Shown here: piece after piece, positions 57,126-64,000 of the stretch
How the letters are laid out: every line of letters starts with the position of its first letter
How positions within the stretch are numbered: position 1 is the stretch's first letter
DNA from: Cercozoa sp. M6MM
Taxonomy: Eukaryota > Protista > Endomyxa: Ascetosporea
NCBI GenBank assembly: GCA_040357565.1
Contig: JBDODJ010000004.1
Length of the DNA stretch: 64,000 bases
Reading direction: 5' to 3' (one strand)
Notes under the pieces: model-generated
The model's database searches: none
Told to the model about the DNA's origin: nothing
Seen by the model: the letters and a program-made list of their open reading frames with translations, nothing else
Made by a program: the position numbers and the translations under genes

Positions 57126-59013
57126 TTACACTTCAAACATGAGCTGCGTGAGTGCGGCGTGGTAGGTGTCCTGTGACACACAAACACAATGCCTTCAGCG
57201 CACTTCCAGTAGACTGAGAGCAAGAAACAAACCAGCGCCTTTTGGTCATAGAGAAGGAAGAAAATGTAGCTGAGGCTCGTGTCCGTTTTGAGACTGTCGA
57301 GATTAAAGTTTAAAGTCTACATCCGCAGTGTTACCTTAAAAACAAACAGAAAATTTTCGTACAACTGCACGGCAGTCTTGAGAAGCACTTTCGCAGCCAG
57401 ATCGGCCGGGTAGCGGTTGCTGTAACAAGTCAGTGTGACACAACAAAATGTAGCACAGACAAGCGAGAAAAATACCGCCCGGTGCCGAGTGCAGGCAAAG
57501 CAACAGTGCGCACGTGTTGTGTTGCACACTCACGGAGCGCAGCTTCAAGTGACTGTTAGCACCAGCAACACATCTGTCAACATCCTACACTGAGTAGGCT
57601 TCAATTGGAAAAACTACCGCGCGCAGCAGCTCCTCGCTGTCGCTGTTCTTGTAGCTTGGCAGGTTCACATGGACCACGTATCTCGCTGACTGTTCGTTGG
57701 ACAAATAAACAGAACCTGCCATCTGTAGAAAGAAATATATATATAAATGTGCCAGTGAGCCCTCCGACGGTACTGCAAGTGCTTGAGTTCGCGGCAGCGG
57801 GTTGTTGTTGGCCTTTGTGTTCCTATACGCAGACGAGTAAGACAGCGAGCGGCCAGCACGCAAGCGAACAAAGCAAGCGAGCAAAGCAAAAGAGGATGAC
57901 AGGGCGTACCGCAAGAGACACGTGCCACCATCGTTGGTGGCGCGCAGCAGACTGCGACCAATGGCACCGTTGAACTCCTTCCTCTAAACCACCAAACAAC
58001 CATGCAAAGTGACAAAAGTGACCTCATAAATGATCACATAAATGATCACACACAGGTAACCACCCCAACATAAAACTACTCCAGTGTACAGTCTTTCAGT
58101 ATACCGAGTTTGTAGGGTGCAGCACCGCCTGAACCGGCGCACGTGCCAGATCGCCTCGCATGCAGTGAATAGTCCCTGCAAAAGATACGCAGAGGAGTAA
58201 ATAGAACGGATTAAACGAAGCATGTGGACAGTGTACCGAAATGATTGGGTAGACACAGCGTGTGACCCACACTGCCGCCACTGCCGTTGCGGTAGTCGAT
58301 GGCAGAGGCACTCGCCAGGGCAGCAACCCGGCAGTGGTTGAAGTACCTGCAATAAACACAGGCAGTGTTTTTGAAACAGTATCTCTCTCTCTCTATCTCC
58401 CTCCCTCCCTCCCTCTCTCTATTTACAAATCTGGCATACTGCAACAACGCCAGATCATCGGGTTCACGCTTTCTCACTTCGTTGCGCGCCTCGGTGAACA
58501 GTGCCTCGAGTTTCTCTTCAGCAATTATCGCATATATATCTGTGTTTGTTTATATATGTGCATCTGTGTTTGTTTATTTGTGTGCGGATACCAGGGTCAA
58601 GTTGTTGCATGCGCAGTCGTCGTCGCAGTCGTGGCAGTACTGCAGACGACTCGAGCGACGGGCACAGCAACTGGCACGCCGCGCCGTGTTTGAACTCGAA
58701 CATCTCCGTTTCTTTTGTGCTGTTGCACAATCCGTATTATGCTATATGCAACTATTTACTGACCAGCTCTTACCTTAAGTGCGGAGCCATCTCTCGACAC
58801 ACGTCATGTAAACTACCTTGGAAGTGGCCAAGCCACGTGGTTGGCATGTGGTCCAGCTGTTAGCATCGGCATGAGCAAAACAAAACAGCCCCCCCCGGAC
58901 GGGCGAGGTACCACAGCACGATAGCCGGTGAGAGAGCCATCGCATACTAGCTGATCGAGTTTTGCTTCGTTTATTGCACCGAGCGGCCCCGTACACAGAG
59001 CGCAAGCTTGCAT
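57126..59013 (-). CDS. Protein with C-terminal macroH2A-type macrodomain
   Basis: Spliced: GDLARAPVQAVLHPTNS|RKEFNGAIG...NNNPL...SL|SARYVVHVNLPSY..SEELLRA|SLEAAL...VALPALGTGR|NRYPADLAAKVLLK..IFFLLYDQKAL|DTY. Confidence 0.8.
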
Positions 59014-59343
59014 CGACAACGACTTTGCACCAAAAAAAAGCAATGATATTCACAATCTTACTCCATGTGTATTAACATTGAGAGGATACCTGAACGTGCA
59101 CAGTAAACTACAGTACGGTACCGTACCGTACAGCACAGTACAAAGACCAGTGCCGTTGAAAATGGCGGGGAAAGCCCGGATCGCGATGGTCTTTAAGGCC
59201 GCGCGGCCCGCATAAATCAGGGCGGCTTAAACTCGGCTTTGTGTGTGGGTTTGTCCTTGAAAAGACTTGATTGCTTTAGTGACCTCCAATTTTCTTCTCG
59301 GTCTGAGGGCAGAATTTGGTACCTGGGCACGTGTCGATTTTAC

Positions 59344-60502
59344 ATGTCGGTGGTGCTGGGCAAGCGACGGCGGAGACACGCAGATGCAGATGAACAGCAC
59401 AGTGTCCATTTGTTGCCAGCACACTCTTTTTTGTACTTTCGCTTCCGCGCGGACTCGTTTCGCGACAGTGCGCAGGCGGACGTCGACCTTCTGGTAGTGA
59501 AAGTTTGAGTGTAGTTTGTGTGTAGTCATTCAAGGGGGAGGGAGGGCGAGGGAGGGAGGGATTAATTACTGCTTGCAGGACTTTGCACCGAAGGACAGGG
59601 ATCTTGAGCTAATTTTGGGCCACACGAAATTGGGTACGGTTTCTTGATTCGTTCCTGAAATACCTGTCTACGTTTATCAGGTGTTGTTGCAGATTTGGAA
59701 CCATCTGAGGAAGGCGTGCAGGTTGCCGAGTTCGTTTGTGTTCGCGCACTTCGTGTACACTGTGTTTATTTCCAAAGTGGTAACCTCGTTGACCCTCTGG
59801 ACTTTAGTTTCTAAGAGTTGACTTGCACACGGCTTCTTTGCGCGAACTCCTTGAGCAGTGTAGTACCACCTTTAATCGATGAAAAACTTGTGCTAATAAT
59901 GTGTGTGTGTGTGTGTGTGTATTTATTTGTGTGTGTGTGTTTTCCTGTGGTAGCCCACGCGGATGCGGCGTGCAGCGGTGTTTCGTTGCTTTTACGATCA
60001 GAGCGACGGTCGTTGCTGCGACTGGTCGATCGGTGCTTCTAGTCTCAGTATGTGTTGTCTTGGTGTGACTTTTTTTGTGACAGAGACAAAGGTAAAGCGT
60101 CGCAGCAGTTCATCAGTGGCATGTTCCGTCGTGTCAACGACAAGCACAGGAGTCGCAGCGTGAGTCCGAGCTCGAGTCACAGCAATACCATAGATATCCA
60201 AGGAGGCAACAGCATCAACAGTAACATTAGAGACAGGCGGCAGCAACGACGACTCGTGCAACTCACGCTGCCTTTTGCACCTTCTGACGACGCAAATAAC
60301 AGCTCGGTTCACGCCTGTCGCGACGATACGCTCGATGACATCAATGACAGTCTTCTGGACGAGACCGACGAAGCACCTTCTCGAGACATTATAGGGTACA
60401 GTTTCAAGTTCGTCCGCTATAACTACACCGTTTTTTTTTTCATTTCATTTTGATCGCAGCAACAAGTCTATTTTGGACTTCTTCTCTCGACCGGGTCGGT
60501 AG
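59344..60502 (+). CDS. Hypothetical protein with C-terminal PIP-box-like motif
   Basis: In-phase exons from MSVVLGKRRRR (NLS-like) to ...GNKSILDFFSRPGR*. Confidence 0.55.
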
Positions 60503-60698
60503 AACGATTAATTTTCGCTGTGCCGGCCGGTGAACGGACCAGACTAGCGTAGCATGGGAGTCACGGTCGTTACGTGCGCGGCATTGTGACGGTACGTTTG
60601 CGTTCTTGTCTTCAAGTTCTAGTCCATTCAGTTCTAATTAACTATCTGCGCTGGTACGCATCTTAGTGGCGACTGCTACGCAATAGAATTCGAACAGC

Positions 60699-62280
60699 CT
60701 AGTAATTGTAGCGCTTGCGGCGCAGAAGGGCGTTCTTCGACAGATCGTGCACCGTGAAGGATATCGAAACGGCCTAGCAAAGCGCGTGGCACAATAGCCG
60801 GTGCAGAAGCACACAAGAGGTACAATGGAAGTAGATGGTACAACAGGTCCTTTGATCCAGTTCATGCCGAGTGCTTTGAACCACCCGTGTCTAATGCCTT
60901 CGCTCTTGAGAATGCTCTTGAGCAGCTTGAAGGTACCCTCGGTTTTTGCTGTATACCAAGGTGTGGTATACACATGCAAGGGCACACCAACATATGAAGG
61001 GAAGACCAGGGTACATTTGGAGGTTTGCATGCGTCGTCGCACAATATCAAAGGGATACGACGCACTCTGGCCGAGCAGACCGGCCAGGCAGCCGGCAGCC
61101 ACTCGCTCGTAGGTGTACAGTTCACGATCGTGAACGATGTTCCTTCTCTGCATGGCGACTCGCTTCAGTCCCTGTACATGTGGCCATACTAGCACACTGT
61201 CTCCACGTTAAACTGCAGACTAAATGGAGCACACCTCATATGCGAGAAAGTTGCACCCAGCGTATGGAACTACGCCCTACTTGGGCATATGAACGGGATC
61301 GCACATGCCTTCGAAACAGCATAAACAACAGCAGCAGTTACGATCAATGTCGGCCACAGACCACGGTATAGTGCGGGCAGACCGCCTTCTTGCCAGGCAG
61401 CAAAGAGACATCGCGGCACGCGCCACCTGACTGTTCTCACAAGTGAATACACGCTGACAGGAATGAACGGGGTTACATGTAGATACCTGTGGGTTCAGAC
61501 GGGTGTGCCGCCACCTCTGCAGCATACACAGCCGTATGCATAGCACACCAGTGTGTTTCATAAGAAAGTACCAGCAGCAAGTCGCGCACGTGCCAATTCG
61601 AGCGGGTAGCATGCCAGTGTGGCCACCTTCACCAAAAATGCATCCACACATGCTCACACAGGGAAAAGGAACGTACCACACCACTCGCGGATCCGCACAG
61701 AAAATGTCGCAGATTGGCGAATCCTCCTGTGTTTTCACTTTGGCTGTCGCTGCTTTCTCTCGTTCTGCGTGGTCTCGTTACAAGGTTCAACGCGTCATAC
61801 ACTGTGAATACGATGGCTGCACACACAGAAGGAATGAAAATTGCACTCTTGGCATAGACACACACAAGGAGCAGGTACCTGCATGTGGTACGACACGCAT
61901 CAATGTGGCTGAGTGGCCTTTCCACAGCGCTTTTGAACCGCCCTCTCGTGCTATGCCTAAACGCATACCCTTAAAATACGCCAAGACAACGAGTGTGTGA
62001 ATGAGGAAAGCATTGGTACGACGACCGCGTTGAACGGCATCGTTGAAAGTAAACTTGCGCGACGGCGATACCTGGTACAAAATTTTGAGACGGTCGGCGG
62101 GTGCTATGACGGTTTTGGCGCATGCACCTAATAACAGGAAGACCATTTTAAGCAGGACAGCCCATCTCGCGCGAGCCGAGGTAAGATTCTTATTGAGCGA
62201 AGAAACAACATGTAGCAACACGCAACACCTGCCAGACCACCGCACAGCAGCGACTCAGTTGTCGAAAGCTGTCCCGACAT
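60699..62280 (-). CDS. SLC25A42: Mitochondrial carrier, CoA transporter SLC25A42/Leu5-like
   Basis: Three carrier repeats: GGLAG|ACAKTVIAPADRLKILYQ, LWKGHSATLMRVVP, YPLELARAR, LYRGLWPTLI|GVVPYAG, GQSASYPFDIVRRRMQ, MNWIKGP. Confidence 0.88.
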
Positions 62281-62449
62281 GCTCCGCACGCACCTGATCG
62301 CCTGTGTTTAGCTTTCAAGTTTTCTTTTTCCTGCACGTGGAGCGCTGGGACTTGGTGACCAACAACGATCCCCTGCCTGACCTGTGGCTGCAGGTTCCTG
62401 GGGCTCCGCATCTCCAGCACAAGGCCTAATGTCGACTGGGTAGAATAGC

Positions 62450-63417
62450 ATGGTCAAATACTCGTTGGTAGCGGACAAAGCCGTAGCGGCGGGTATCGTT
62501 TTGGAGTAGTTGCGCGTATCTTCCAATTTTCTTCCGTTCCTCGTCCGACCTGGCATTGCAGGCTTGCACCCAAAGTTCGAACACATGATGGCGCTGGCCG
62601 CAGAAACGCTCCTGAGTGATCCGATGATCGACGCAGGCCGTGGTGTGTGATATAAATAGGTTTTAGTGTTGTTGATGCTGTACTCTGCAGCTCTTCCTGT
62701 GTCGTGCCAGAAATTGTATGTTGTTTGAACACACAGGCATCACGCGACAAAAGCTTCAGATGAAAATGATCCAGATGTTTCCAGCTTGCGAAAAGGTCTA
62801 CTTCAAAACGTTGTTCAAAAACGTAGGTTTTCCTGGAATCCGGTTTCAGTCTCGGGAAGCTTCATGTTGTGTGTTGCCTCAGACTCTCTACCGTGTGATG
62901 AGACCAGTGTCGGCTGCTCGTCTGGTTCTTCAGGTAATTACAGAGAAAGGCATTCGTTGATACTGGTGGCTGCTGCGCTCGTGAATTGCAGTGTGTCAGA
63001 GCGCTATGGGTCATTTGTTTTTTGTCAGGACAAGGAACGGTTGGATGCCGACTGGCTGAAACCATGGGAGCCACCTGAGGCTGCCAACAACGAAGACTTA
63101 CAGCAGCAGGCACTTGAAGTTGCCACGGCATTGCACGAGGTACGCCCTCATGCCTATATCTAGTATGCTATCGACCATCGAGATTTCGATTGATTAGAAC
63201 GGCGTCGATGCCATTCAACAAGCGCTGCTGCACAGTGGTGACATCGAACAAGTGAAGCAACTTCTGGGAGCGCTGCGCAAGCACCTCGAATTGCCCGAGG
63301 TACCTGTCTTTATGTTTCATTCTTGATTCAGTCCATTGACCCAGCATATTGTTGTGTTTTGGGCAGCCCGAGGTTGAAGAGCAGGAAACGGGCAACAAAC
63401 GACGCCGAACCGCCTGA
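62450..63417 (+). CDS. Protein with linker-histone H1/H15 globular-domain-like N-terminus and acidic C-terminal half
   Basis: Spliced HPKFEHMMALAAETL..GRG|ITRQKLQMKMIQMF..FKTLFKN|TLYRVM resembles H15 (HPxYxxMIxEAIxxL...GSSRQAIKKYI...F...LKxALKxLV). Ends NKRRRTA*. Confidence 0.55.
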
Positions 63418-63559
63418 GACTAGAAGTATTAAAGTCCAATCCGGGGTTTGATTGTTTGATTGATTGACGGTTCTATTTAAACAAGTAACGCAAGCGTCGG
63501 GTGCCTAGTCGTTAGAGTCGGAGATTTTAAAGCTGGCAAGCGAGCTCACCGACGGCTCA

Positions 63560-64000
63560 ATGGCGTATCATGCTAAGACGGTCCGCACGAAGTCAACCCG
63601 GGGGGAGGGTGGCGATTTCCTGAGAAAGTGGCGCGACTGTCCTTTATATTCAACTCTCAACCCCGCTAGTGGAGTGCAGCAGCAAGTGCATTGAGTGTGC
63701 TCACACGCGTGCGGAGGCTTTGTTGTATTCCCAGGCAGAACAATCGGCTTAGAGGCGCTCTGCAAGAACAGCAAGTCGATGGGCGAAGCTTTCGATATAT
63801 TGGGTCGCACCTCAGCGTAGTCTGCTTTTGATTTTTACTTAAACATGAAGTCATACACTGTTGAAACTGAAATATCATGCGCAGGAGGCGTGTGCGTCGG
63901 GAGCGTCGACTCTACCGGCGCCACGTGCGCGAGGAAGTGCGTCGTCTGTGGCGACGCCTGCAGGTATTGATGCGTTGTATGTTCAGAGCGTATGAGTGTG
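63560..64000 (+). CDS. 5' part of a further intron-containing gene, product unknown
   Basis: ATG at ~63560 followed by exon-like GC-rich blocks bounded by AG/GT. Reading frame unresolved. Confidence 0.25.

Overview
Gene-dense eukaryotic (protist-type) nuclear DNA. I assembled about 24 intron-rich protein-coding genes by hand from short GT-AG introns (mostly about 50-100 nt, very often starting GTAC). The ORF track is therefore misleading, and several genes (LIM, H15-like, TBP-like, macrodomain) only become recognisable after splicing. The standard genetic code is used. Recognisable genes: SEH1 (3' part), casein kinase 1, PTEN, EFR3, a very divergent TBP-like factor tail-to-tail with SNAPC1, PAN3, an organelle-targeted EttA-type ABC-F, CDC6 with an N-terminal RadA-like HhH domain, CSN2 with a WG/acidic N-terminal repeat, NOL9/Grc3, a bacterial-type secreted alpha/beta hydrolase, a multi-RRM protein, a single-LIM protein, a split-RGS protein, a macroH2A1.1-type macrodomain protein without a clear histone fold, a PIP-box protein, SLC25A42 and a linker-histone-globular-domain-like protein. 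The most striking items are atypical basal-transcription, chromatin and replication proteins: the Phe-less TBP-like factor beside SNAPC1, HhH-CDC6, the orphan macroH2A-type domain and the H15-like protein. Introns share families of sequence motifs. No rRNA, tRNA, CRISPR or transposase was found. All family assignments come from motif recognition by eye, not from database searches. Gene ends and some exon boundaries are approximate.
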